The notes under the pieces are model-generated. The model was not told where the DNA came from, searched no databases, and was given only the letters and a program-made list of their open reading frames with translations. From Bacteroidota bacterium (GTDB lineage Bacteria > Bacteroidota > Ignavibacteria > Palsa-1295): 64,000 nucleotides of DNA. The stretch spans positions 22,612 through 86,611 of the forward strand of contig JAJPIO010000011.1 in assembly GCA_021324735.1 (NCBI GenBank), written 5' to 3'. Position numbers and translations under genes: made by a program. This document shows, in pieces, positions 1 through 9,202 of this stretch; position 1 is the first letter of the stretch, and each line of letters opens with the position of its first letter.

Positions 1-375
1 AGCTACAATGCGTATCTGGTAGAGAAACGCGATCAGAATGGCGATCTCCGTTCATTTGTATTTGGCGGCGATACCGGCTATATCCAAACGTTTCGCCAGA
101 TCGGTGAGCGTATGCGAAACGAAGGACGCGAGATCGACTGCGCTATTATGCCGATCGGTACCTATAATCCATGGGTCCAAACGCATTGCAATCCCGAGCA
201 AGCGTGGCGCATGACACAAGAGATGAATGCTCGCCGAATTGTGCCGGTACACTGGAATACCTTCACGCAATCTTCGGAACCGCGACATGAGCCGATGCAC
301 TGGTTGCGTGCGGTCGTGGATTCACGCGACTCGATCGCTCTTAACGATCACGGGCAGACCTGGAGTACGACGTAA
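1..375 (+). CDS. C-terminal fragment of an MBL-fold metallo-hydrolase; the gene begins upstream of the window
   Basis: Frame 1 is open from base 1 and is in frame with ORF 112..375. Motifs ...GGDTGY...CAIMPIGTYNP...HCNPEQA...VPVHW are typical of metallo-beta-lactamase-fold hydrolases. Stop at 373-375. Confidence 0.55.
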   Translation, partial: SYNAYLVEKRDQNGDLRSFVFGGDTGYIQTFRQIGERMRNEGREIDCAIMPIGTYNPWVQTHCNPEQAWRMTQEMNARRIVPVHWNTFTQSSEPRHEPMHWLRAVVDSRDSIALNDHGQTWSTT

Positions 376-407
376 CACGCTTGCACTCCATCCTAAAGAT
401 CCTAAGA

Positions 408-2729
408 CTAAGCCTTTACTTTTGCCGCCTCTTTATATAGCGTCTCTACATACTCATTCAGCATGCGCTCGCTCGAAAAGCGAGGCAGGATCGTTGCAAT
501 GGACGATTTAGCGATCTCGAGCCACTTATGGGGTATACCATCCGATTCTTTATCGTAGTAGCTTGGGATGATCTCGTGTTGCAAGATATCATACATTTTC
601 GCGGCGTCCGCCCAGTCCTGATCGTCCTGCGAACCTTCGGTTGCACCGTCGACGCCCCATCCGTTTCGAGTCCCAAGCGTTGAGGATGGAGCACTTTCGT
701 AAGCTTCCATCCACCAGCCATCCAGCACGGAAAAATTTGGTACGCCATTGATAGCGGCTTTCATGCCGCTGGTACCCGATGCTTCCAGTGGCGCTTTGGG
801 GTTGTTCATCCACACATCGACACCACGAACGAGGTATTTCGCCGAATGCATACCGTAGTTCTCGATAAAGGCGATACGTCCGTTGAACGCAGGGTCCTGC
901 GCATGCTGCCAGATCTCACGGATAAGATATTTACCGCCATCATCGGCAGGGTGTGCTTTACCACTAAAAACGATCTGTATTGGGCGAAGGGGATCGCTAA
1001 CTAATTGCTTGAGGCGGTCCAGGTCCTTAAAGATAAGGGTCGCTCGCTTATAGGTTGCGAACCTACGTGCAAAGCCGATCGTCAGAATACTGGGGTCGAG
1101 CAAGAGACCGCTCGGTACAAACAGATTAGGATTGTATCCATCCCCTAACCATTTGCGCCGCGCACGATCGGTAATAAAGCTAAAAAGGCTCGTCTTCAGT
1201 ATTTGTCGAACCCGCCACAAACTTTCGTCGGGTATAGAGAATATTCGTTGCCAATAGTCATCGTCGGCCAGATGCTCGCGCCAGTCTTCGCCCATCTCCT
1301 TGGAGAAGAACATCTCCATTTCCGGAGCGAGCCACGTCGGAATGTGAACACCATTCGTTACCGACGACAATGTTGATGGACGAAGAACGAAGGAAGATCG
1401 GTCCCTGCTTTTATCCTCATTCGGTTTCGTTATACTTTCACCATCATCCTTACTCACTAAGGTCGGCCACATTTCGGCTGTTACTTCGCGATGTTTTTTG
1501 CTGACGGCATTCACCCGACCGGCAAGATTCATCGCAAGGGCGGTCATATTGAATGCGCCATCATGTTCTCCAAGCGAGAAGAACTCTTGCTTGTTCATTC
1601 CCAGCTGCGGCCAGTAATGCCAAAAGTAGCGCTCGATCAGGTCCATCGAGAAGGCATCGTGACCGGCCGGTACGGGAGTATGCGTCGTAAAGACCGAGCA
1701 CTCTCGAACGCTGTCGATCGCGGCCTGCGTGGATAGTTGCGGACGAGCCTTCTGCGCAGCACCGTTGCTCGAACTCGAACCATTGCTCGAACTCGAACCA
1801 TTGCTCGAGCCATTGAGATGCGTAAGCTCACTTCCCGTTGGCTGTTCAGGGCGTTGAGCGAGAAGTTCTCGAAGCCTCTCCAGAAACATAAATGCAACGT
1901 GGCCTTCATTTGCATGCCATACGTCCGGATGAAGCCCTAATGCCCGCACGACGCGCACCCCACCAATACCGAGTGCGATCTCTTGCCGCAGGCGATATTC
2001 ACGGTCGCCACCATAGAGTCGCGTTGTGATCTCGCGATTCCACGGTTTATTCTTCTCGACGTTCGAATCCATCAGATAGATCTTCGTCCGGCCGCATCGG
2101 ATCAGCCAGACTTGAAGATGCAGGAGATCATCCGGACTTTCGAGCGGGATCTCCACCATCAGTGGCTCGCCGCTGGGCAAATACGCTCGCTCGATCGCTA
2201 CATTCGCCACGTCGAGATCGGCATAGTGTGCGATCTGATCGCCCTCGGCCGATATTTCTTGTTCGAAATAGCCTTTCGGATACATGAATCCGACGGCCGT
2301 AAAATTAAGCCCCTGGTCGCTTGCTGTTTTGGCATGGTCACCGGAGAGTATTCCTAATCCTCCGGAATAGATCGGAAGACTGCCGTGCAGTCCATACTCC
2401 GCCGAGAAATAAGCGACGCTCGGTGAGTTATCCAATGTATGCTCTCCACCCTCCAGACCCAATAAATAATCATCGAAGAGTTTCATCACGTGCTCGTAGT
2501 GAGCGAGAAATGTCGGGTCCTTCGAGAGGCGCTCGAGACGGTCGGGCGTGACCTCGTGAAGCATTCGAACCGGATTGTGATCGCTTTGCCGCCATAACCT
2601 CACGGAGACCGATCGGAAAAGCATTCGCGCTTCCGGTGACCAGCTCCACCATAAGTTATGGGCAAGTTCTTCTAAGCGGGCAATCGCAGTAGGCAACCGT
2701 GAGGGTTGAAGAGGGCTTTGGTCAGGCAT
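408..2729 (-). CDS. glgP: Alpha-glucan (glycogen/maltodextrin) phosphorylase, GT35 family, PLP-dependent
   Basis: 773-aa ORF. EASGTSGMKAAINGVPNFSVLDGWW places the PLP-lysine motif near the C-terminus. Length and the N-terminal domain fit the alpha-glucan phosphorylase subfamily. Confidence 0.9.
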   Translation of the reverse strand: MPDQSPLQPSRLPTAIARLEELAHNLWWSWSPEARMLFRSVSVRLWRQSDHNPVRMLHEVTPDRLERLSKDPTFLAHYEHVMKLFDDYLLGLEGGEHTLDNSPSVAYFSAEYGLHGSLPIYSGGLGILSGDHAKTASDQGLNFTAVGFMYPKGYFEQEISAEGDQIAHYADLDVANVAIERAYLPSGEPLMVEIPLESPDDLLHLQVWLIRCGRTKIYLMDSNVEKNKPWNREITTRLYGGDREYRLRQEIALGIGGVRVVRALGLHPDVWHANEGHVAFMFLERLRELLAQRPEQPTGSELTHLNGSSNGSSSSNGSSSSNGAAQKARPQLSTQAAIDSVRECSVFTTHTPVPAGHDAFSMDLIERYFWHYWPQLGMNKQEFFSLGEHDGAFNMTALAMNLAGRVNAVSKKHREVTAEMWPTLVSKDDGESITKPNEDKSRDRSSFVLRPSTLSSVTNGVHIPTWLAPEMEMFFSKEMGEDWREHLADDDYWQRIFSIPDESLWRVRQILKTSLFSFITDRARRKWLGDGYNPNLFVPSGLLLDPSILTIGFARRFATYKRATLIFKDLDRLKQLVSDPLRPIQIVFSGKAHPADDGGKYLIREIWQHAQDPAFNGRIAFIENYGMHSAKYLVRGVDVWMNNPKAPLEASGTSGMKAAINGVPNFSVLDGWWMEAYESAPSSTLGTRNGWGVDGATEGSQDDQDWADAAKMYDILQHEIIPSYYDKESDGIPHKWLEIAKSSIATILPRFSSERMLNEYVETLYKEAAKVKA

Positions 2730-2859
2730 CGTGGTAAGAGTGTTGCGTCAATAATGGATGGCCGCGCCTTGAACAACATTTAAAGAAAGATAGTATCGTC
2801 TCCAAATGCAGCCACACGACCATTGAACTTAGCGACAGACGACAGCAATTATTCTTCCA

Positions 2860-3054
2860 TTATCCTTCTTTACGCGTCCCATTCGTTCGATTTTGCATCT
2901 CTTGAATTTCCAGCCAGAGCTCAAAAAGCTTGTCGTTCGGAGTAAAATTCTTCTTCGGACATGCGATCAAAAATTGTTCTTCCAAGGTGATGAGTTGATC
3001 GCGCTCGCGGTCGGTTGTTGGCCAAAATAGAGCGTTTTTCAAATAATTTTCCAT
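2860..3054 (-). CDS. Hypothetical small protein (64 aa)
   Basis: ORF lying upstream of glgP on the same strand. No recognisable motifs. Confidence 0.2.
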   Translation of the reverse strand: MENYLKNALFWPTTDRERDQLITLEEQFLIACPKKNFTPNDKLFELWLEIQEMQNRTNGTRKEG

Positions 3055-3238
3055 TCTTCGAAAGAGTCAAGCTGATGACGGATCCAGCTTTTTGCTTTTT
3101 ATCAGCTTATTTCACCTCTTTCCATTCAACTGCAATACCGCTAACTACCTGATAAGAAGACAGTTAGAGCTGTAAATTAATAAAGCCTTCGCATAGGGCT
3201 TCTTGTCATTAATCCTGCCTGGGGTGGGGAGAAGAATA

Positions 3239-3285
3239 GAAAACCGAAATAATAGAAAAGACCCGCATCGTACCGGATGCGGGTC
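3239..3285 (-). terminator. Rho-independent terminator candidate (minus strand)
   Basis: Perfect 10-bp inverted repeat GACCCGCATC-gtaccg-GATGCGGGTC at 3260-3285. On the minus strand it is followed by a T-rich tract (TTTTCTATTATTTCGGTTTTC). Confidence 0.45.
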
Positions 3286-3544
3286 CTACCGTTTAACGGA
3301 ATTGGATAAAGGTTTCTCAGAATGCCGAACAACCAAATCCAACCAGCAGAACTGAGTGTCATCCTCCTAAGAGAAAGACGAAAGTTGGCAACGCTCCCTT
3401 AACGCTAAATTATCAATGGTGTTCCGATAAACGATTTTCTTAATATAGGATTTGCCTCATACACTTCTCACTAAACATTAAATAGCGACATAATTTAACC
3501 AATAAGTATATATTAAACATTAAATTTACTAATTTTATCCACAA

Positions 3545-3994
3545 TTGGGAACTAATTTTGACCTTTTTGTTGTTATATTAATGTTGATTTTCTTCCTTAA
3601 GAAAAATATGCTTAAATTACATCAAATCTCCCCTCTTAAATTCGGTCGGTCATCTAATGCTCTTCCCATTGAAGACTCGTTCGAAGACACTACTTCCTAT
3701 GCCGACGAGCCCCTATTCGAAGATAACTTCGATGAATTACAGGACCTCGATGAGGATGATCTCGATCATTACGACGATGCATTCCCCTTCTCGGAAGGTG
3801 ATCTCCGCTTTCTGCGGGACTTCATTCTGAGCTCTGCCACCTACGTGGAAGAGCTGGAATCTCTCGTCTGTGATAGCTCGGAGGATTTCTGGGAAGCGCG
3901 TGAACATGCATATCGCATTGTCACTGCGGCGCTTATTAATTACTTCCTCTATGAGATGGAAGAGACAGCCTCCGAAGCAGACTACCGAGACTAA
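3545..3994 (+). CDS. Highly acidic hypothetical protein; first gene after the AT-rich island boundary
   Basis: ORF of 149 aa, or 128 aa if translation starts at MLKLHQ (3609). About 30% D/E (EDSFEDTTSYADEPLFEDNFDELQDLDEDDLDHYDD...). It is preceded by a 200-bp AT-rich promoter-like stretch and sits directly upstream of the large terminase, co-oriented with it. Confidence 0.5.
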   Translation: MGTNFDLFVVILMLIFFLKKNMLKLHQISPLKFGRSSNALPIEDSFEDTTSYADEPLFEDNFDELQDLDEDDLDHYDDAFPFSEGDLRFLRDFILSSATYVEELESLVCDSSEDFWEAREHAYRIVTAALINYFLYEMEETASEADYRD

Positions 3995-4081
3995 CCCTAA
4001 GCACAACCCAGGACTTCTCGGACCTCGGGTATTGCATTATCGTGACCCGTAGGTCCGGGGAAGTCCAACAAATCTTCTCTT

Positions 4082-5674
4082 ATGCCTAAGAAAAACCACC
4101 AAAATAAAGCTGGCCCTAAAAGCAAACCAAAAAATAAGGCAGACCCCAAACCAAAACGAACCGAAATTGAAACAGAACGAAATAAAGAACCGCCTCTCGA
4201 TCCGGTCACTCTCGATCTTCCGTCCTTCGCCGAAAAACTTCTCGATGTTCAATGCTGGCAAAAAATGCGTGAGATCTTCGATCTTGTAGAACGCGGCGAG
4301 CGCAAAATTTTAGTGCGCAGTTGCAACGGCGCTGGCAAAACCACCGCACTCGCCGCCATCTGTAATTGGTATTTTACTCACTACGATGATTCGATCGTAT
4401 TGACCACTGCTTCATCGTGGATTCAAGTACGAAGAAATCTCTGGGGCGAAATTCGACGACAAGCACGAAAGGGAAGGCTGTATTTGGATAAGGATATTAT
4501 TCGCGGCCCGACGAGCGTGCAAGCAAGCGACAAACATTTTATGATCGGCATTTCGCCGAATATCCCGGAGAACGCGATGGGCTTTCATGCACCGCACATG
4601 CTCATCGCTGTGGATGAAGCGACCGGGATCGATCACGAGATCGTGACCGCACTTCTCGGTAATCTCAGCAGCACCAATTCACAGATCGTCATGATCTGCA
4701 ATCCCATCGATAAAGATTCATATCCCTATGAAGCCGAACGCTCCGGTGAATGGAAGGTCGTTTCTATTTCCGCCTTCGATCATCCGAATGTGGTAGAGAA
4801 TTGCGAGGTCATTCCGGGTGCGGTCACCCGCGAGTGGATCGAGGACAGCGTTCGCGCATGGTCGTTCGAAGTGACTCCCGATGCATCCGAACCGCTTACA
4901 ACGCTACAGATCCCGTGGACCGACAAATGGTACCGGAGTAATGCGCCCGTTCAGGCTCGCATACTTGGCGAGTGGGCTCAGCTCGAGTCTGCAGGATTTA
5001 TTCCGATCGAACTCATCGAACGCAACGTGCGGAAAACACCATCCCTGTTTGGAGAACCTCATCATCAACCCTCTTCCGACACACGGCCACGAATGCGCGT
5101 TATGGGCGTTGATATTTCTCGCGGTGTTGGCAGGGATGCGACGATCTACGCATACTTCGATGTCGTCCCGGATGGACCTGATGTGCAGCGGCAGTTTCTC
5201 AGGACCTACGGTGATGACCTCATGCGAACTGCGGATCGGATACGGACGGAATACGAAAACGCTAAAGCACAAGGTATCGAACTTGTTATTGCGCTCGATG
5301 ATACTGGCTTAGGAGGCGGCGTGAGCGACCGATTGAAACGCATTGACATACCGTTCTTTCCGGTAAACTTCTGTCAAAGGCCGCACGGCTTTATTCGAGG
5401 TAAAGATATTGCGAACGCGAAAGCCGAAATGTTTTTCATTCTTCACGATGAACTGCTCGAAGGCAAAATTCAGATCGTCGACCTGCCGCGATTCCATCAG
5501 GAGTTATCTTCCATTCGCCTGGATGTAAGTAAAACTTCAACGGCCTACAAAATGGAAGACAAAGAGGAAACCCGCAAGCGCCTCCATCGTTCACCCGATT
5601 ACGCCGATGCTACGGCGCTCGCGCGATATGCTCTCTGGCTTCACAAATATTCGAAGAAGAATTGGTTGCTCTGA
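4082..5674 (+). CDS. terL: Phage terminase large subunit (ATPase plus RNaseH-like nuclease) with a Lys/Pro-rich N-terminal extension
   Basis: Walker A motif VRSCNGAGKTT and Walker B motif LIAVDEATGI. The C-terminal nuclease region contains MGVDISRGVGRDATIYAYFD and ALDDTGLGGG acidic residues. The first ~60 aa are KKNHQNKAGPKSKPKNKADPKPKR. Confidence 0.85.
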   Translation: MPKKNHQNKAGPKSKPKNKADPKPKRTEIETERNKEPPLDPVTLDLPSFAEKLLDVQCWQKMREIFDLVERGERKILVRSCNGAGKTTALAAICNWYFTHYDDSIVLTTASSWIQVRRNLWGEIRRQARKGRLYLDKDIIRGPTSVQASDKHFMIGISPNIPENAMGFHAPHMLIAVDEATGIDHEIVTALLGNLSSTNSQIVMICNPIDKDSYPYEAERSGEWKVVSISAFDHPNVVENCEVIPGAVTREWIEDSVRAWSFEVTPDASEPLTTLQIPWTDKWYRSNAPVQARILGEWAQLESAGFIPIELIERNVRKTPSLFGEPHHQPSSDTRPRMRVMGVDISRGVGRDATIYAYFDVVPDGPDVQRQFLRTYGDDLMRTADRIRTEYENAKAQGIELVIALDDTGLGGGVSDRLKRIDIPFFPVNFCQRPHGFIRGKDIANAKAEMFFILHDELLEGKIQIVDLPRFHQELSSIRLDVSKTSTAYKMEDKEETRKRLHRSPDYADATALARYALWLHKYSKKNWLL

Positions 5675-5678
5675 GTTT

Positions 5679-5850
5679 GTAGCCGTAGTTCGTAGCCGTA
5701 GCCTTCAGGCTACGCCGTAGGAATAGGCACCCTTACAAATCGTGCGAAGAATCTTCGATGTTCACCAATTGACAACCGTGTTGGCTTCCCACAGCCGCAA
5801 GCTAAAGCATGCGGCTACAATTCGTAGCCGTAGCCTTCCTAAAGCATGAA
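5679..5850. repeat. Dispersed intergenic repeat R1 (~135-bp family; contains hairpins CGTAGCC-ttca-GGCTACG and CCGCA-agctaaagca-TGCGG)
   Basis: About 75% identical over ~135 bp to 7337-7475 (R3). The core ccccacagccgcaagctaaagcatgcggctacaatt is identical to 6575-6612 (R2). Confidence 0.7.
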
Positions 5851-5871
5851 AAGCGAGAACGGCTTATGACG

Positions 5872-6348
5872 TTAGTTCGGCGCGATGAGGTAGCGAATAC
5901 TGCCTTGTATCTGGACGGAATCGTCGGGTAGTCCAACAGGCGACTGAATTGCAGTGATGGAGAATACGGTCGTATTGCCGGTATTGCTTGTCGGTGTGGG
6001 TGCGAAACTCACACCCCACCAGCCATCGCTCGCCTCCTGTGGTATCACATCGTAGCCAGAAGGTGGCGGAGGGTCGAACGTCATCACCATCGGTGGCTTT
6101 CCATCCGCACGTTTGGCCGGATCCGCCCACCTAAAATAAAGGCGGTAGAGCGTGGTGCAGTCACCTGCGGCCTTCGGAGACTTGAGGGTATAAGCCGCGG
6201 TGTATGAGATTGTAGTATTTAGTTGAGCGGTCTGAATATCGCCGCTGCAATCATCCGGAGGCGCGACGTTCCCGCTCGAATCATGACAACTGATATTCGT
6301 GAGCACCAGGACGGCGAGCACACACATATACAACAGAAGACGTTTCAT
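5872..6348 (-). CDS. Lipoprotein of unknown function (moron-like), paralog 1
   Basis: Signal peptide with a lipobox (MKRLLLYMCVLAVLVLTNISC). Shares the motif Y..YFRWADPAKRADG..PP with the downstream paralog. Confidence 0.55.
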   Translation of the reverse strand: MKRLLLYMCVLAVLVLTNISCHDSSGNVAPPDDCSGDIQTAQLNTTISYTAAYTLKSPKAAGDCTTLYRLYFRWADPAKRADGKPPMVMTFDPPPPSGYDVIPQEASDGWWGVSFAPTPTSNTGNTTVFSITAIQSPVGLPDDSVQIQGSIRYLIAPN

Positions 6349-6574
6349 ACAACCTCCGACAAGAAAAAAATGACAACTCTCAGAGCAAATATACAATGCT
6401 ACTTAATGGGCAGTGCAAAAAATCAGGATGGACAGTTGTCAAAACATATAACAAAGGCCGGTAAGGACGTGCGTTCAGCGGAGCCCGCGCGCGTGAGCGC
6501 AGTCGAAATCGGTACACAACCATAATGATGCTCGCAAACGCCGGGCTCGATATGTGGCAGATAACATTACCCGC

Positions 6575-6612
6575 TCCCCACAGCCGCAAGCTAAAGCATG
6601 CGGCTACAATTT
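6575..6612. repeat. Repeat R2 (core hairpin unit of the R1/R3 family)
   Basis: Exact copy of the R1 core ccccacagccgcaagctaaagcatgcggctacaatt. It ends in TACAATTTG. Confidence 0.65.
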
Positions 6613-6621
6613 GCGGCGACG

Positions 6622-7158
6622 CTACTTCTTCGGGAAGTTATTGTAAAAATAAATTCGGCAGACGATCTCTGTGCTATCGATGGCGGCGGCCTCCCAGTCG
6701 AGCCGGCAACCAACATAATACTGCGTAGTGGGATAACCGCTGTTCTTATTACCGATGTTGAAATCGATCACCCACCAATCTCCCATAATGAGATTTCCAT
6801 TAGCATCCATAACCGTATCACGACGAAACACGGGCGCGGGATGTGGAAAGTAAGCAAACTCGGCCAGCGGCTGAAAGGCATGCTCCAAATTTAGGAGCGG
6901 TGGCATATCGTTATCGATCGCGCGCTTGGCTGGATTCGCCCATCGAAAGTTGAAGATATACTCGGCTTCACAATCGTTGCGGGCCGTTGGCGTTTGAAGT
7001 TCGAAAAATTCGCCGTTATTATGTATGACCTTCTGAGCGATCACGTAATGCCCGCCCCCGCAATCGTCATTAACCGTAGCTTCCGAACCGGTTTTGCACG
7101 CCGAGAGCGCCATCGCAGTTAGCAGAAGAGAAAAGCGAACCATGCTATGAGTATTCAT
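6622..7158 (-). CDS. Lipoprotein of unknown function (moron-like), paralog 2
   Basis: Signal peptide plus lipobox (LLLTAMALSAC). The motif YIFNFRWANPAKRAIDNDMPP is paralogous to the 5872..6348 product. Confidence 0.55.
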   Translation of the reverse strand: MNTHSMVRFSLLLTAMALSACKTGSEATVNDDCGGGHYVIAQKVIHNNGEFFELQTPTARNDCEAEYIFNFRWANPAKRAIDNDMPPLLNLEHAFQPLAEFAYFPHPAPVFRRDTVMDANGNLIMGDWWVIDFNIGNKNSGYPTTQYYVGCRLDWEAAAIDSTEIVCRIYFYNNFPKK

Positions 7159-7336
7159 AATACTCCTCCTTAAGTCAGAAGGAAAATGCGCAAGCTAAAT
7201 GCCCGCCCGAATTAGGCGTAAATCGCGATTGAAATGGGCACTCCGGCATCGTTAAGCGCTCGGATCTCGGAAGAATCTTACGGGAGGATTAAAAATCTTA
7301 AAAGCTACTCGATACACTTTTGGTGCAGCGGACAAA

Positions 7337-7475
7337 GTTCGTGGCCGTAGCCTTTTAGGCTACGCCGTGGGGAATAGGCATCATCACGAACCCTGCGAAA
7401 GATCTTGTGACGGGTACCAATGACAACCATATCGCTTCCCAACAAACGCAAGCTGAAGCATGCGCTACATCTATT
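7337..7475. repeat. Repeat R3 (full-length homolog of R1)
   Basis: Collinear with R1: GGCCGTAGCC-tttta-GGCTACGCC hairpin, then gaataggca...tgacaacc...cgcaagctgaagcatgcgctaca. Confidence 0.7.
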
Positions 7476-9138
7476 CGATGCATTTCGGAGGCCGTTGAAA
7501 ATTCGAATCTGTGGCGATACGCTCTTGAAACGCCCTCGCTATATCGCTATAATGTGGCGAGCGGGTATCAACGAAGAATTCAAGCTCGTACAGATAGGGC
7601 ACGAGTGCAATAGGCACATAATTCCGAAATTCCGGGGACTGAGCCAACAGTGAATATTGTGATCCAATTAACCCGTGTCCTTCTTCAAAAATAGACTGAC
7701 ACGTATCCTGTGTATTTGTTCTGGGTATGAGTGGCAATATAATGAGGTCCGGTTTTTTCTCTACAATGAAATCGATAACCTGCTGCACATATTTGGCGTG
7801 GGCGATCTCATTCGTGTTAAGGCCGACGGGATCGATATGCCGAAGCTCCGAATAATACGGCAGTTCACCAGCATCAGCCCATGCCAAAGTGATTGAATCA
7901 TGCTGGGGAATGGCCCGCAACATTGTAGCAACTTCGAGATACGTATCGCGATCCGACTTAAGCCAACCGCGTGGTATTCGCATGAAACCCGTAGCAGCCA
8001 CAAACACCGCAATAACGAGAATCCCAAGCACTGTTGCACCACTCATGCGGAGCGCACCCAATCGCCAACAGGAAAGCTTTCGGGCGATACTCCCTGCCCC
8101 CGGTGCGGCAAGGCAAAATAGAATCGCTTCGATCGAAAGCGTGAATCTCCCATACCCGGCCTGCAGAAGATGCGAGAAAAGATAAAACGTGCTGAGCAAC
8201 ACGCACCACAAGAGTGCGCTACGAAGAACCGGGATGCGCCAAATGGCTCGAATACCTAGTATGGCAGGAATAACGAGAATGAGCGTCCGAATGTAAAATC
8301 TTCCGATCGTACCATAGCCCGGGAAAATGCGGCCGAGAAGTGTTTGCGAGGGTGCGGCCGACTGGACAACCTTCACATAGAACGAGTTCGGAAGCAAGTT
8401 GCCAAAATACCATAGCTTCCATAGTGCATATAATATCAACGGCGCAACAAAATAAGCGGCGAAGCTTCGCACCGTTGCACCTCGATCCTCAACTTGTTTT
8501 TGGAACAGGGCAACAAAGAGGAGAACAACACCTAACAGCGCACCCTCTGGTCGCACAAGAGCGGTCAGCGTTGCGAAAACAAATGCGGCATTAAGCCGAC
8601 CCGCTGAAAATGCCCATAGGGCGAACAAGAGCAGCATCACAAATACACTTGATTCGAGGCCGCTGTATGCGTTCATCCACGTCCAGGGATCGAGCAAGAA
8701 CAACACTGAAATCACTAGTGCAACTTTCCGCGCAAACAGAGACAGCGAGCCGGTTTGGATCGAAGCCAGGACCGGGAGAATAATACGATAGATCGCTATC
8801 GCCGACAAGCAAACTGCCAAGACGCCAATAAGCTGCGATACAAGGAGAAGATTAGATCCAAGCGCACTAAATGGCACCAGCAATAGCATATAGAGGAAAT
8901 TGGTGTAGCCTTCCGTATGAGCACCACCGGCATTCCATACGATACCAAGACCTTGTGCTACGTGCTGCGAGTATCGAAAGGTGATATAAGTATCATCGAG
9001 CACATACCCCATTCGCACGGGCCACCACAGCGTCCCAACCAGCAACGCGATCGTAACAAGTACGAACGACGAATTACGCGCAACGAACGGTAATTCGTCG
9101 CGCTTCGGGACTTCCACTTTCGTCGTCACATCTAACAT
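7471..9138 (-). CDS. Polytopic membrane protein, GT-C-fold glycosyltransferase-like (ArnT/PMT/arabinofuranosyltransferase-like)
   Basis: 555 aa with at least 10 predicted transmembrane helices. The N-terminal first-loop motif DDTYITFRYSQHVAQGLGIVWN resembles the DD-containing first extracytoplasmic loop of GT-C glycosyltransferases. It has a large C-terminal soluble domain. Confidence 0.6.
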   Translation of the reverse strand: MLDVTTKVEVPKRDELPFVARNSSFVLVTIALLVGTLWWPVRMGYVLDDTYITFRYSQHVAQGLGIVWNAGGAHTEGYTNFLYMLLLVPFSALGSNLLLVSQLIGVLAVCLSAIAIYRIILPVLASIQTGSLSLFARKVALVISVLFLLDPWTWMNAYSGLESSVFVMLLLFALWAFSAGRLNAAFVFATLTALVRPEGALLGVVLLFVALFQKQVEDRGATVRSFAAYFVAPLILYALWKLWYFGNLLPNSFYVKVVQSAAPSQTLLGRIFPGYGTIGRFYIRTLILVIPAILGIRAIWRIPVLRSALLWCVLLSTFYLFSHLLQAGYGRFTLSIEAILFCLAAPGAGSIARKLSCWRLGALRMSGATVLGILVIAVFVAATGFMRIPRGWLKSDRDTYLEVATMLRAIPQHDSITLAWADAGELPYYSELRHIDPVGLNTNEIAHAKYVQQVIDFIVEKKPDLIILPLIPRTNTQDTCQSIFEEGHGLIGSQYSLLAQSPEFRNYVPIALVPYLYELEFFVDTRSPHYSDIARAFQERIATDSNFQRPPKCIE

Positions 9139-9202
9139 TTGAGAGACATACTAACGCATCCTTCTTCTAATTCATCATTCATAATTCATCATTTCCTATG
9201 AC

